Source: Acidimicrobiales bacterium (GTDB taxonomy: Bacteria > Actinomycetota > Acidimicrobiia > Acidimicrobiales > JAVJTC01). Taken from it: DNA of 64,000 nt. The DNA is taken from assembly GCA_040219085.1 (NCBI GenBank), contig JAVJTC010000007.1, positions 3,995-67,994 on the forward strand, given 5' to 3'. The notes beneath the pieces are model-generated. The model worked only from the letters and a program-made list of their open reading frames with translations, made no database searches and was not told where the DNA came from. Position numbers and translations under genes: made by a program. Shown in pieces: positions 1 through 8,824 of the stretch; the first letter of the stretch is position 1, and each line of letters begins with the position of its first letter.

Positions 1-1
1 C

Positions 2-112
2 ACCTACATCGGCAGCGTCGAACGAGGCGAACGGAACCTGTCGCTGCGTTCGGTCGAGCGCCTCGCCGACCAACTCGATTGTGATCCGCTCGACTTGCTC
101 TCAGCTCCCTGA
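2..112 (+). CDS. XRE-family helix-turn-helix regulator, C-terminal fragment (5' end off-window)
   Basis: Frame 2 reads TYIGSVERGERNLSLRSVERLADQLDCDPLDLLSAP* with TGA at 110-112. The (Y)IGxxERGxRNxSLxSxxRLAxxL pattern is typical of HTH_3/XRE C-terminal helices. Confidence 0.6.
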   Translation, partial: TYIGSVERGERNLSLRSVERLADQLDCDPLDLLSAP

Positions 113-331
113 CCGCGCCGACGGGTTGGCCGTTATCCCCAGGTTGGCTGTGGATAGCCGCGGGGATTTCCACAACGAATTCCACATCGAATTCAAGGAT
201 CTGCCCTTTTCGTCCACAGGGGACCGTCCATACGCTCCTGGTCTCGCTACAAACCACGCTTGTCCACGGGAGCCTCAGGGTTACCGCCCTCGCACCCGTC
301 TCGGCAGGCCACCAACCCCCAAGGAGCGACC

Positions 332-550
332 ATGACCAACACCGCCGACAGCGAAACGCCATCAGCCGCTGACCTGTTGACCATCCCCGAGGCCGCCCAA
401 TACGCCCCCGCGTTCGGTCAGCGATTCATCCGCCGCCTCCTGGACATGCGGACCCTGCCCAAGGTCAAGATCGGCGGCCGGGTATTCGTCAGCCGCCGAG
501 ACCTCGACGCGCTCGTAGCCGCCCACCGGGACCCGCCTGCCCCAGACTGA
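332..550 (+). CDS. Excisionase-family (MerR-like HTH_17) DNA-binding protein
   Basis: MTNTADS...LLTIPEAAQYAPAFGQRFIRRLLDMRTLPKVKIGGRVFVSRRDLDALV. ATG at 332 is preceded by AAGGAG. It lies within the 260..550 ORF. Confidence 0.65.
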   Translation: MTNTADSETPSAADLLTIPEAAQYAPAFGQRFIRRLLDMRTLPKVKIGGRVFVSRRDLDALVAAHRDPPAPD

Positions 551-712
551 TGAAAATGCCGGTCCTCGAGGCTCCTTCAGTTGGCGGCATCGGCATCGCC
601 GAACAAGGCTCGCCCCAGCGTGTTGGCCCGCGCTATTGCACCCACAAGCTGGTCGCGGGCTCGTCGATGGGTCTCTCTCGAAGGCCGCCACTCCTAACAG
701 GTGACCCGCGGT

Positions 713-892
713 TCAGCCTGGTTCCGGCCGATCCTCGTCGCAGACGGCGAGGAAGTCGCCGGGCGGCTCTCCGAAGTCCTGGAAGTCGATAGCCACCGCC
801 GGGTGGGCGCGCCATCGTCTCTGCCGTCCATCTGATGGCTCGACGCGGTCCCAGGTAGGCCTGGCGTCCCAGAGTCCTTCACTGGCGGACAT
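713..892 (-). CDS. Possible small hypothetical protein (island cargo)
   Basis: Internal ATG of the 713..994 ORF. The C-terminal half has GC3-rich codons (..IDFQDFGEPPGDFLAVCDEDRPEPG*). I recognise no family, so this is weak. Confidence 0.2.
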   Translation of the reverse strand: MSASEGLWDARPTWDRVEPSDGRQRRWRAHPAVAIDFQDFGEPPGDFLAVCDEDRPEPG

Positions 893-1050
893 GCGGCAAC
901 GGGTGAAGGGGATTGCTTGTGCGCGCGCGAGCTGATATATTCGTAGTCGGCGTAGAGAGGACTGCATGCCGGTTCCCGACAAGGACCCCACCAAGACTGC
1001 GTCGCGGTGCTTGAGCTGAGGGTCCCTGCGCTACCAGTAATGATCTGAGA

Positions 1051-1078
1051 GCGAACGCCGCCTTCGGGCGGCGTTCGC
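1051..1078. terminator. Perfect 12-bp stem / UUCG-loop hairpin (gcgaacgccgcc-ttcg-ggcggcgttcgc), no U-tract
   Basis: The inverted repeat was read directly. It sits just upstream of the DUF3800 coding start. Confidence 0.35.
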
Positions 1079-1101
1079 CGCGTTCGGGTAGCCTTGGGTC
1101 T

Positions 1102-1926
1102 CTGTATCTTCTGTTCCTGGATGAGTCGGGCACGCACGGCGGGAGCCCAGCGCTGATCGTGGGCGGCCTCGCCGTCCACGAAGACGACGCGCTCCACCTT
1201 CAACGGAAACTCGAGTCGTTCCTCCAAGGCCGGATATCCGGTCCGCCTCATTCGCTGAACGCACTCAACCTCGAGCTCCACGCGACGGACATCAAGAACG
1301 GAAAACGGGACTGGGCGAAGGTCGACTACAACACGAGGCTCGACGTGTTGCACGGAGCGCTGGTCACCCTGGGCAGATATCAGGTGCGGTGGGCGAAGTT
1401 CCCACTGGCGTTCTTCGGAGCCGTCGTGGACGCGGCGAAGGTCAGCGATCGCCGAGAGCGGGAGCGGCTGGCCTACGAACTCGTGCTCAACAAGTTCGAT
1501 GCGATGTTGTCCAGGGTGAACAGCGCCCCTGCCCGCCAGCGTGGCCTCGTCATCCACGACCAGCGAGTCGTGGGAGGAGGCAAGCGTGTGTGGACCGAGG
1601 AGCGAGCGATCCAGGAATGGACGAGGGACTGGCGCGAATCCGCTGGGCGCGTCGGCCAGCTGCATCACCTCGCGGACATCCCGCTATTTGCAGATTCTCA
1701 GGCATCTCGGCTGATCCAAGGCGCTGACCTGGTGAGCTATGCACTCTGGCGATACTACGGCGCCAGAGACCGCGAGTACCTCGACATCTTGTTGGACCGC
1801 TTCGACAGTGACGGGGTCGCACTTCACGGGCTCATCCACTACTCGCGGGACTTCGCTACGGGCACTTGCGACTGCCCGCCCTGCGTGAACCGCCTTGAGC
1901 GCGGGATGGACCCCAGAACTCCCTGA
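1102..1926 (+). CDS. DUF3800 family protein (start uncertain)
   Basis: In frame, upstream of the tracked GTG (1159), the sequence reads LYLLFLDESGTHGG, the N-terminal DESG signature of DUF3800. No in-frame ATG, GTG or TTG precedes that motif. Only a CTG at 1102 is available after the hairpin. Confidence 0.6.
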   Translation: MYLLFLDESGTHGGSPALIVGGLAVHEDDALHLQRKLESFLQGRISGPPHSLNALNLELHATDIKNGKRDWAKVDYNTRLDVLHGALVTLGRYQVRWAKFPLAFFGAVVDAAKVSDRRERERLAYELVLNKFDAMLSRVNSAPARQRGLVIHDQRVVGGGKRVWTEERAIQEWTRDWRESAGRVGQLHHLADIPLFADSQASRLIQGADLVSYALWRYYGARDREYLDILLDRFDSDGVALHGLIHYSRDFATGTCDCPPCVNRLERGMDPRTP

Positions 1927-2019
1927 GGAACTCAGCTAGAGGCCGATGTCGCCGCCGGCCTTCGCTTCCCACATCGACGTCCGGCGCACCTAGCGGCGCA
2001 TCACCGGGTCTCCGTCGGC

Positions 2020-3126
2020 CTAGCGGCGGGCGGGACGGTCGCTGTTCATTCGCTGCTCGATGCGGTCTGCGATCTCGACGTCTCGGCGCTGCGAGGCTTG
2101 CAGGTAGCGCAGCGACGCGTCCGAGGAGGCGTGGCCCATTCTCGCCATGATCTCGCGTAGCGACGCTCCGGCGGTAGCCGCTGAGGTCCCGGCCAGGTGG
2201 CGCAGGTCATGGAAACGGGTGGCCTCGTCGATGCAGGCTTGTCGCAGAGCGCGTTTCCAGTGCGGTGCGAAGTAGCCGTTGAGCAGCGGGCCGTCCTTGA
2301 GCGAGGTGAACACGAGCGCATCAGGGCCGTCACTCACGAAGGCGCTCAGGTGCTCGTCGACCATGGCGGCTACAGCGGTGGGGATCACGACGCTGCGATG
2401 CGCCGCGGCGGACTTCGGCGGACCAAGAGTCGCGCCCTGTCCGCGGATGAATGTCAACGCCTGATCGACGCGCAGCGTCCGGGCGTCGATGTCGACGTGG
2501 CGGCGGGTGAGCCCGGTCAGCTCGCCGAAACGCAACCCTGAGGTGGCGGCGACCCACACCAGCGCGGCGAACCGGGGGAGGATCGCGTCCGCGATGGCTT
2601 CGATGTCGTCCCAGCCCAGGGGTGGCCGTTCGGTTGAGCGTTCCGAGGCGGCGCCTTTGATGTGGACCGGATTCACGCGGATGACCCCGTCGTCTACGGC
2701 GGTGTCGAGCATCGTGCGGAACAGTCGGTACACCTTGGCGACCGTATTGGGGTGCAGCCCGGACTGTGACAGGCGGCCGTGCCATGCCCGCACCGCCGAT
2801 GGCGTGATGCTGCGCAACTCGACCGACTCGAAGTCCGCCACGATGTGGGAGAGCTGAGAGGCATAGGTATCGCGGGTACGCGGACGAAGCTCGCGGCCCT
2901 CGAGCCAGCGAGTGGCGAAATCGCCGAAACGTTCCCGCCCACTCGATGGGTCGACATGGCGGCCCGCCACCAGATCGGTCTCTACTGAAGCCAGCCACGC
3001 ACGCGCTTCGGCTTTGGTCGCGAAAGTCGTATCGGCGGGCACCTGGTTCCCGAGATGCGAATACCGTGCCTGATAGCGCCCAGACGGGAGCTTACGGATG
3101 TTGCCGAAAGGCCTGCTCGTGCCCAT
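2020..3126 (-). CDS. int: Tyrosine-type site-specific integrase
   Basis: The N-terminus GNIRKLPSGRYQARY and SAM-like domain match actinophage/ICE integrases. The C-terminal catalytic region has ..GLRFGEL.., HDLRH.. and ..LGHAS....YL. Confidence 0.9.
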   Translation of the reverse strand: MGTSRPFGNIRKLPSGRYQARYSHLGNQVPADTTFATKAEARAWLASVETDLVAGRHVDPSSGRERFGDFATRWLEGRELRPRTRDTYASQLSHIVADFESVELRSITPSAVRAWHGRLSQSGLHPNTVAKVYRLFRTMLDTAVDDGVIRVNPVHIKGAASERSTERPPLGWDDIEAIADAILPRFAALVWVAATSGLRFGELTGLTRRHVDIDARTLRVDQALTFIRGQGATLGPPKSAAAHRSVVIPTAVAAMVDEHLSAFVSDGPDALVFTSLKDGPLLNGYFAPHWKRALRQACIDEATRFHDLRHLAGTSAATAGASLREIMARMGHASSDASLRYLQASQRRDVEIADRIEQRMNSDRPARR

Positions 3127-3233
3127 GCGCGCCTACTCTCGACCGACGTTCTAGGCGCACTCTAGGCACAAACGCCTCCGTCGCACCACGCTCAACCAGG
3201 CCAATAGGCCTTCTGACCTGCGATGTTACAGAG

Positions 3234-3304
3234 AGCGGGTGACGAGAATCGAACTCGCGTTCTCAGCTTGGGAAGCTGATGTTCTACCATTGAACTACAC
3301 CCGC
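3234..3304 (-). tRNA. tRNA-Gly (anticodon CCC)
   Basis: The reverse complement gcgggtgtagttcaatggtagaacatcagcttcccaagctgagaacgcgagttcgattctcgtcacccgct folds as a cloverleaf with anticodon loop ttCCCaa. Confidence 0.9.
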
Positions 3305-3474
3305 AGTGAGCAGCCAGCGTAGCTTCCGCGTTTCAGGGAGCCCCGTTCGTTGCGACACTGAGTTCATGGAAGCGTGCTCGACCCATACTCACCCGGCCCA
3401 CGCCGGGGACGACTGTGGCCCACCCGTGAGCATGCTGCCGTCCCTGTGAGACGTCGCTGCGTCACGCGGCTCCG

Positions 3475-4467
3475 ATGACGGCAATCGGAGGAATCGTTGC
3501 GGCAACCGGCCCGTCGGCCGAGGAGTTCGTGGACCTCGACGTCCCGTTGTGGGGCTGGGGAGCGCTTGTCGGAGCAATCGTGGTGCTGCTCGTCGGCGAC
3601 CTGCTCCTCGTCCACCGCACACCCCACGAGATCTCGTTTCGCGCCGCCGCGATCGAGTCGGCGGTGTGGATCGCGATCGGCCTGAGCTTCGTAGGAGTGC
3701 TGGCGTGGTGGCAGGGCGGTGCCGCTTCCGGTGAGTACCTCGCCGGCTACCTGATCGAGAAGAGCCTCTCGGTGGACAACGTGTTCGTCTGGGCGGTGAT
3801 CTTCAACTACTTCGCGGTGCCCAACCGCTACCAGTTCCGCGTCCTGTTCTGGGGAATCTTCGGAGCGCTCGTCCTGCGCGCTCTGTTCATCTTCGCCGGG
3901 GTGACGCTGCTCGAGACCTTCGACTGGATCCTCTACGTGTTCGGGGGGTTCCTGCTGTTCACGGCGTTCAAGATCTCCCGGAGCCACGGGACCGAGGTCC
4001 ATCCCGAGTCCAACCCCGTACTGCGGGTCGTGCAGCGCGTCGTGCCCTCCACGACCGAGTTCGACGGCCAGAAGCTGTTCACGCGCCGAACGGGACGGCT
4101 ACTCGCCACGCCGCTGTTCGCCGTACTCGTGCTGATCGAGACCACCGACGTCGTCTTCGCCGTCGACTCGATCCCCGCCATCCTCGCGGTGTCACGCGAG
4201 CCGTTCATCGTGTTCGCCTCCAACGCGTTCGCGATCCTCGGTCTGCGTGCCCTGTATTTCCTGCTCGCCGGCATGGCTGGGCGGTTCCGCTACCTCAACC
4301 GCGGTCTCGGGGTCATCCTCGCCTTCGTCGGTGTCAAGATGATCATCGTGGAGTGGTACCACTTCCCGACTGCCGTGAGCCTCGGGGTCATCGCGGGCGT
4401 CCTCGCCGTGACCATCTTCGCAAGCCTGCGGGCCGACGACGCCGACGCCGAAAGGGCGAATCGATGA
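3475..4467 (+). CDS. TerC/Alx-family integral membrane protein
   Basis: GYLIEKSLSVDNVFVWAVIF and AILAVSREPFIVFASNAFAILGLRALYF are the duplicated TerC motifs. The protein is polytopic. Confidence 0.85.
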   Translation: MTAIGGIVAATGPSAEEFVDLDVPLWGWGALVGAIVVLLVGDLLLVHRTPHEISFRAAAIESAVWIAIGLSFVGVLAWWQGGAASGEYLAGYLIEKSLSVDNVFVWAVIFNYFAVPNRYQFRVLFWGIFGALVLRALFIFAGVTLLETFDWILYVFGGFLLFTAFKISRSHGTEVHPESNPVLRVVQRVVPSTTEFDGQKLFTRRTGRLLATPLFAVLVLIETTDVVFAVDSIPAILAVSREPFIVFASNAFAILGLRALYFLLAGMAGRFRYLNRGLGVILAFVGVKMIIVEWYHFPTAVSLGVIAGVLAVTIFASLRADDADAERANR

Positions 4468-5231
4468 GCACCGAAGCGCCTCTACTGGTCTTCGGCGACG
4501 ACGGGTCACCCGAGGCCGACGTCGCCTGGCTCTGGATCAACAATCACCACTGGCCCGGTTGGCGCATCGAGGCCGTCACCGGGACGACGCCGGATCCCGC
4601 CGAGCACGCTCCGCCCCGACCCAGAGAGTGGACGCCGCCGTGGGACCGCTCGCCCACCGCGCCGGCCGACATCGCGTCGTTGTCCTTCCTCGTCGCGACG
4701 GGGGACCCGCGGGTACTGCTCGCCGAGCATCGTGACGCGGCGCTGATCGTCGTCGGGTCGCGGGGACTCGGCCATCTGCGAGCCATCTGGAAAGGGAGCA
4801 CCTCGGAGTGGCTGATGCATCAGCCGGCCGCTCCCGTCGCCGTGATCCGCTCGGCTCGACCGGCGCGTTCGGCACTGATCTGCGTCGACGGCTCGGAGCA
4901 CTCGTTGTCGGCCGTGCGCGCGATGGCACGCCTGCCCCTTGCGCCGGACGTCGAAGCGACGGTTCTCGCCGTGGTCGACGGAACGGTCGACGCCGGTGCG
5001 GCCACAGGATCCGCCGTCGGGCTCCTCGCCCACGAGGGAGTGGCAGCCAGCGAGCTCCACCTGAAAGGACGGCCGGCGAAGGTGATCCTCGATCGGCTCC
5101 GGGACGCTCCCGTCGACCTGGTCGTTCTGGGTACTCGGGGTCTCACCGGCGTCGACCGGATGAAGCTGGGTTCGACCGCGGCCAAGGTCGTGCGGGACGC
5201 GCCATGTTCCGCGCTCGTCGCCACGGTGTAG
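4464..5231 (+). CDS. Universal stress protein (tandem Usp domains)
   Basis: ATGA overlap with the terC stop. LIVVGSRGLGHLRAIWKGSTSEWLMHQPAAPVAVIR and DLVVLGTRGLTGVDRMKLGSTAAKVVRDAPCSALV are two UspA C-terminal motifs. Confidence 0.8.
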   Translation: MSTEAPLLVFGDDGSPEADVAWLWINNHHWPGWRIEAVTGTTPDPAEHAPPRPREWTPPWDRSPTAPADIASLSFLVATGDPRVLLAEHRDAALIVVGSRGLGHLRAIWKGSTSEWLMHQPAAPVAVIRSARPARSALICVDGSEHSLSAVRAMARLPLAPDVEATVLAVVDGTVDAGAATGSAVGLLAHEGVAASELHLKGRPAKVILDRLRDAPVDLVVLGTRGLTGVDRMKLGSTAAKVVRDAPCSALVATV

Positions 5232-5269
5232 TTGTACAGGACAGCCTCTGTCTGATGTACGTTACGGCC

Positions 5270-5533
5270 ATGGACGTCGCCGTTTCGGAGTTCCGGGCCC
5301 ATCTGAGTGAATGGCTTGCGCGGGCGCAACAGGGCGACGAGATCGTGGTCACCGACAGGGGTACGCCCGTCGCGCGCGTCGTCGGGATCGGTCGTTCGTC
5401 GACCCTCGACCAGTTGACCGAGCAGGGAGTGATCTCTCGACCGTCTGCGGCCGGCCGACCGGCCGCGGCAGGAGCGAAACGGCCTCGATCCAAGCGTCCG
5501 GTCGCCTCACGTGTGAGCGAGCAGCGCGGCTGA
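5270..5533 (+). CDS. Type II antitoxin, Phd/YefM family (an alternative ATG lies at 5255)
   Basis: MDVAVSEFRAHLSEWLARAQQGDEIVVTDRGTPVARVV. It ends 3 nt before the PIN toxin gene. Confidence 0.8.
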   Translation: MDVAVSEFRAHLSEWLARAQQGDEIVVTDRGTPVARVVGIGRSSTLDQLTEQGVISRPSAAGRPAAAGAKRPRSKRPVASRVSEQRG

Positions 5534-5536
5534 CCG

Positions 5537-5971
5537 ATGGCGCTGGTCTATTTCGACTCCAGTGCGCTCGTGAAGCTGGTGGTGGAGGAGGACGGCACCG
5601 AGACCGCAGCGGCCCTGTGGGACGGGTGCGACGCGGCGCTGTCCAGTCGGATCGCCTACCCGGAGGTCTGTGCGGCGCTCGCCGCGGCGGAGCGGAACGA
5701 CGATCTCGACAGCCGCAGCCACGCCGCCGCGCTCCGTGGATGGGAGACCTACTGGGCCGCGACGAGACCTGTCGAGCTCACCGTCGACGTCGAGCGCGCC
5801 GCCGGTGATCTGGCCCGCCGCCTTGCACTGCGCGGAGCCGACGCCATCCACCTGGCGAGTGCCCGTGCGCTCGGAGTGTCGGATCTCGTCGTCGCGGTGT
5901 GGGATCGGCGCCTCCACGCAGGAGCCATGGCCCTCGGCCTCGCGGTAGCGCCGGCGACGCTGGGGTCCTGA
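5537..5971 (+). CDS. vapC: PIN-domain toxin (VapC-like ribonuclease)
   Basis: MALVYFDSSALVKLVVEE... and ..LRGADAIHLASA.. carry the PIN acidic residues (D6, E, D). It is paired with the antitoxin. Confidence 0.8.
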   Translation: MALVYFDSSALVKLVVEEDGTETAAALWDGCDAALSSRIAYPEVCAALAAAERNDDLDSRSHAAALRGWETYWAATRPVELTVDVERAAGDLARRLALRGADAIHLASARALGVSDLVVAVWDRRLHAGAMALGLAVAPATLGS

Positions 5972-6002
5972 CCAGCGACCGGGACGTCGCGGGCGTCGAG
6001 CC

Positions 6003-7736
6003 TCAGATCGGTTGAGCGCCGGGCGTCCCCGCCACGACCCGCCAGGTGCTCAGCGTCTCGGCCTGCTGGTCCGGCACCGTCGCATCGGCGATCGCCCGGT
6101 ACGTCGTCGTCCAGGAATCGGGCGTGACCTCGCAGGTGCAGTAGCCCTTGCGAGCGTCGAAGAACCGGATCTGAGGGTTCGAGGCGGTCAGCAGAGGTGC
6201 GATCAGCCCGACGTTCTCACCGAGCGGGAACCGTGACGTGATCGACGAAGCCATGAACTCGGTCGCGACCACCGGCGAAGCGGCGTCGAAGGGATCGGGC
6301 TTCACGTCGCCGACCGTCGCCGAGTGGAAGTCGCCGGTGAGGACCACGACGTCGTCGACCCCGTCGGCCGCGATGGTCTCGAGGATCCGGCGCCGGTTCG
6401 CGAAGTAGCCGTCCCAGGTGTCGTTCACGACGACCGGTTCGTCGCCCAGCGGCAAGGTGGCGCCGTGCATCATCACCTGGTTGGCGAGCACCTTCCAGCG
6501 AGGGCCGGCCGCGCGCAGCCCGTCGAGCAGCCACGCCTCCTGGTCCGCTCCGAGCATCGAGTGATCGGGGTCCATGGCGGTCGGGCCGATCGTCGTGATC
6601 GGCAGGGCGTCGCCGAACCCGGGGATGGACACACGGTCGCCGTCGGTCGGCTGATCATCGCGGTACTGGCGGCCGTCCAGCATGAACAACGACGCCAGGT
6701 CACCCCAGTCGATGGTGCGGTGGATGTCCCAGCCGACGCCGTCGGGCGGGTCGAGCCGCACCGGCATGTGCTCGTACCAGGCGAGGTACCCCGCCGCACG
6801 GCGCTCGTCGAAGACCGCCCCGGTTGCGCCGTCGGGGCCGAACGGTCCCGCGTAGTCGTTGACCACCTCGTGGTCGTCCCAGGTGACGATCCACGGCCGG
6901 GCTGCGTGGCTCGCCTGCAGGTTCGGGTCCGTCTTGTAGAGCGCGTAGCGGTTCCGGTAGTCGGCGAGCGTGAAGCACTCACCGGCGGTGTGACTGCGGG
7001 CCGCCCCGCCCGGGATCTGGATCGGATCGCGGCCCGGCGCGGCCTCGTAGATGTAGTCCCCGAGCCAGACGAACAGATCGAGGTCCTCGAGGGCGAGGTT
7101 GGCGTGCGCCGCGTAGAAGCCGTGCTCGTAGTTCTGACACGACGAGAAGCCGAACCGCAGGGACTCCACCGTGGCCCCGACGGCCGGGAGGGTCCGGCAC
7201 CGTCCCACCGGGCTCGTCCATTCGCCGATGCGGAACCGGTAGAAGTACCAGGTGTCGGCCGCGAGGCCGGTGGCGTCCACGTGGACCGAGTGGGCGAGGC
7301 CCGGGATCGCCGGAGTTCTTCCGCTCGCAACCAGACCGACGAAGGAGACGTCGAGCGCGACCTCCCAGGTGACGTCCAGGTTCTCGTCAGGCATGCCGCC
7401 GCCGTCGAGAGGCGTCGGCGCCAGCCGCGTCCACAGGATCACCGACGTCGACGTCGGGTCCCCGGACGCGACGCCGAGGGTGAACGGGTCGCCGGGCAGG
7501 TCGACCGGCTCCAGGGGTTCGGGCGTGGTCCCGGGTATCGGCTCTGCGGAAGGCGTAGGCGTCGGCGTCGTATCAGCGGGCGCCTGCGTGGACGACGTCG
7601 TGGTGTCCGGGGCCGGGCCGGCGCTGTCGTCGCCCCCCGAACACGCCGCCGCGAGTGTGGCGGCGACGGAAGAGGCGAGGAAGGCGCGCCGGGTCGGTCG
7701 CCAGGGTCGGGGAGTCACGGTGCAATCATCCCCCAC
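6003..7736 (-). CDS. phoD: PhoD-like alkaline phosphatase/phosphodiesterase, Tat-exported lipoprotein
   Basis: The Tat motif TRRAFL is followed by the lipobox LAAAC. PhoD metallophosphatase blocks are WLGDYIYE, VTWDDHEVVND and LTGDFH. The start is GTG 7736, or GTG 7718. Confidence 0.85.
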   Translation of the reverse strand: MGDDCTVTPRPWRPTRRAFLASSVAATLAAACSGGDDSAGPAPDTTTSSTQAPADTTPTPTPSAEPIPGTTPEPLEPVDLPGDPFTLGVASGDPTSTSVILWTRLAPTPLDGGGMPDENLDVTWEVALDVSFVGLVASGRTPAIPGLAHSVHVDATGLAADTWYFYRFRIGEWTSPVGRCRTLPAVGATVESLRFGFSSCQNYEHGFYAAHANLALEDLDLFVWLGDYIYEAAPGRDPIQIPGGAARSHTAGECFTLADYRNRYALYKTDPNLQASHAARPWIVTWDDHEVVNDYAGPFGPDGATGAVFDERRAAGYLAWYEHMPVRLDPPDGVGWDIHRTIDWGDLASLFMLDGRQYRDDQPTDGDRVSIPGFGDALPITTIGPTAMDPDHSMLGADQEAWLLDGLRAAGPRWKVLANQVMMHGATLPLGDEPVVVNDTWDGYFANRRRILETIAADGVDDVVVLTGDFHSATVGDVKPDPFDAASPVVATEFMASSITSRFPLGENVGLIAPLLTASNPQIRFFDARKGYCTCEVTPDSWTTTYRAIADATVPDQQAETLSTWRVVAGTPGAQPI

Positions 7737-7783
7737 CGGCGGGCGCGCCGACGCCGCGCCCGCGGTTCCCGTACCATCCGGCC

Positions 7784-8350
7784 ATGACCGACGTGCACGA
7801 ACCCCGGGCCGGCTTCACGCGGATGGAGGACTCCACCGCCGCGGACTGGGACATCATCACGATGCACCACGCCCAGCTCGTCGCCGGGCTCCCCGGCCGG
7901 ATCATGGACCACCTGCGGCTCCTCGACGGCGACTTCGGCGGATTCGCGGTCGACCGTCTCACCCACAGTCTCCAGACGGCAGCGCTCGCCGAGGCCGACG
8001 GGCGCGACACCGAGTACGTCGTGTGCGCTCTCCTGCACGACGTCGGTGACACGCTCGGTCCTCTGGACCATCCCGGTGTCGCCGCGGCCATCCTCAAGCC
8101 GGTCGTGTCCGAGGCCAACCACTGGATGGTCGGCCACCACGGGATCTTCCAGGGCTACTACTTCTGGCACCACATCGGCCTGGACCGCAACGCCCGCGAC
8201 GGCTTCCGTGACCACGAGCACTACGGCCGCACCGAGGAGTTCTGCCGGCTCTACGACATGGTGGCCTTCGACCCGGAGCGGACGACCCCGCCTCTCGAGT
8301 ACTTCGCCGATGCCGTCGCCGAGGTGTTCGCGCCACCTTCGTTCGGGTGA
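7784..8350 (+). CDS. HD-domain metal-dependent hydrolase/oxygenase-like protein (PhnZ/MIOX-like His pattern)
   Basis: THSLQTA ... ALLHDVGD ... LDHPGV ... HWMVGHH ... AFDPE gives an H..HD..H..H..D ligand series. It is divergent from phoD. Confidence 0.6.
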   Translation: MTDVHEPRAGFTRMEDSTAADWDIITMHHAQLVAGLPGRIMDHLRLLDGDFGGFAVDRLTHSLQTAALAEADGRDTEYVVCALLHDVGDTLGPLDHPGVAAAILKPVVSEANHWMVGHHGIFQGYYFWHHIGLDRNARDGFRDHEHYGRTEEFCRLYDMVAFDPERTTPPLEYFADAVAEVFAPPSFG

Positions 8351-8398
8351 CCCGTCGTCGCCTGTCCCCCCGGCCGCGGCCCCAATAGGCTCGGCCCG

Positions 8399-8824
8399 AT
8401 GGGAGAACCAACGCCCGAAGAACGTTCGCTGTGCGAGTTGTGGGAGGCCGACGCCGCCATCGGCGTCGGCGCGCCGACCGCCGGGCTCGGGCACTTCGCC
8501 GCCGACGTCTGTGCCCTGTGGGTGGACGGCCGCCGCCTCGAAGGCGTCGACGAGATCCGTCGCGAGGCCGAGGCGCTCGGTGGTGCCTCGGGCACCCGTG
8601 AGCTCACCTACTCCGAGGTGACCTGCCGCATCGTCGGCGACACCGGTGTGATCCACGGCCGTTATCTGCTGTGTGAGGAGATCGCCGCCATCGGCCCGGT
8701 GGAGATGACCGGCAGGTTCACCGCCACCTTCAACCGTGGAGCCGACGGCTGGGAGTGCGTCCTCGCGCACTACGACGGTCCGATCACCGCTCCCCATGCC
8801 CACGAGATCGGTGACGACGCATGA
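8399..8824 (+). CDS. NTF2-fold (SnoaL-like/DUF4440) protein
   Basis: About 140 aa with ..GRYLL....[27 protein letters not shown], typical of the DUF4440 C-terminus. The family call is from memory only. Confidence 0.45.
   Translation: MGEPTPEERSLCELWEADAAIGVGAPTAGLGHFAADVCALWVDGRRLEGVDEIRREAEALGGASGTRELTYSEVTCRIVGDTGVIHGRYLLCEEIAAIGPVEMTGRFTATFNRGADGWECVLAHYDGPITAPHAHEIGDDA

Larger units (their letters stand above)
1..3233. mobile_element. Right-hand part of an integrated element (XRE regulator, excisionase, DUF3800 cargo, tyrosine integrase) at the 3' end of tRNA-Gly; the left boundary is outside the window
   Basis: The integrase gene (2020..3126, minus) lies directly next to the 3' end of tRNA-Gly(CCC) (3234). 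An excisionase-type HTH and an XRE HTH lie upstream. No second copy of the tRNA 3' segment was found in 1..3200, so the other att site is presumably off-window. Confidence 0.55.

Noticed and set aside
694-1668. 324-aa minus-strand ORF overlapping the DUF3800 gene
   Set aside because: It is antisense to a gene with a clear family signature, and the translation has no motifs. It is a shadow ORF.
1-3200. Search for the second att site (a direct repeat of the tRNA-Gly 3' end, gacgagaatcgaactc...) inside the window
   Set aside because: No copy was seen by eye to the left of the integrase, so the element boundary is not callable from this window.
3305-3474. Possible yybP-ykoY (Mn2+) riboswitch upstream of the TerC-family gene
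   Set aside because: TerC/Alx genes are frequent targets. I saw GGGGACGAC and GUGAGACG, which loosely recall the GGGGAGUAG and GAGAGAC cores. However, they are only about 45 nt apart, and the four-way-junction helices could not be drawn. Only a cmscan with RF00080 could settle it.
7737-7783. PHO box (PhoP-binding direct repeats) in the phoD/HD-gene divergent spacer
   Set aside because: The spacer is only 47 bp and almost pure GC (ggcgggcgcgccgacgccgcgcccgcgg...). No GTTCACC-like 11-bp units are present.
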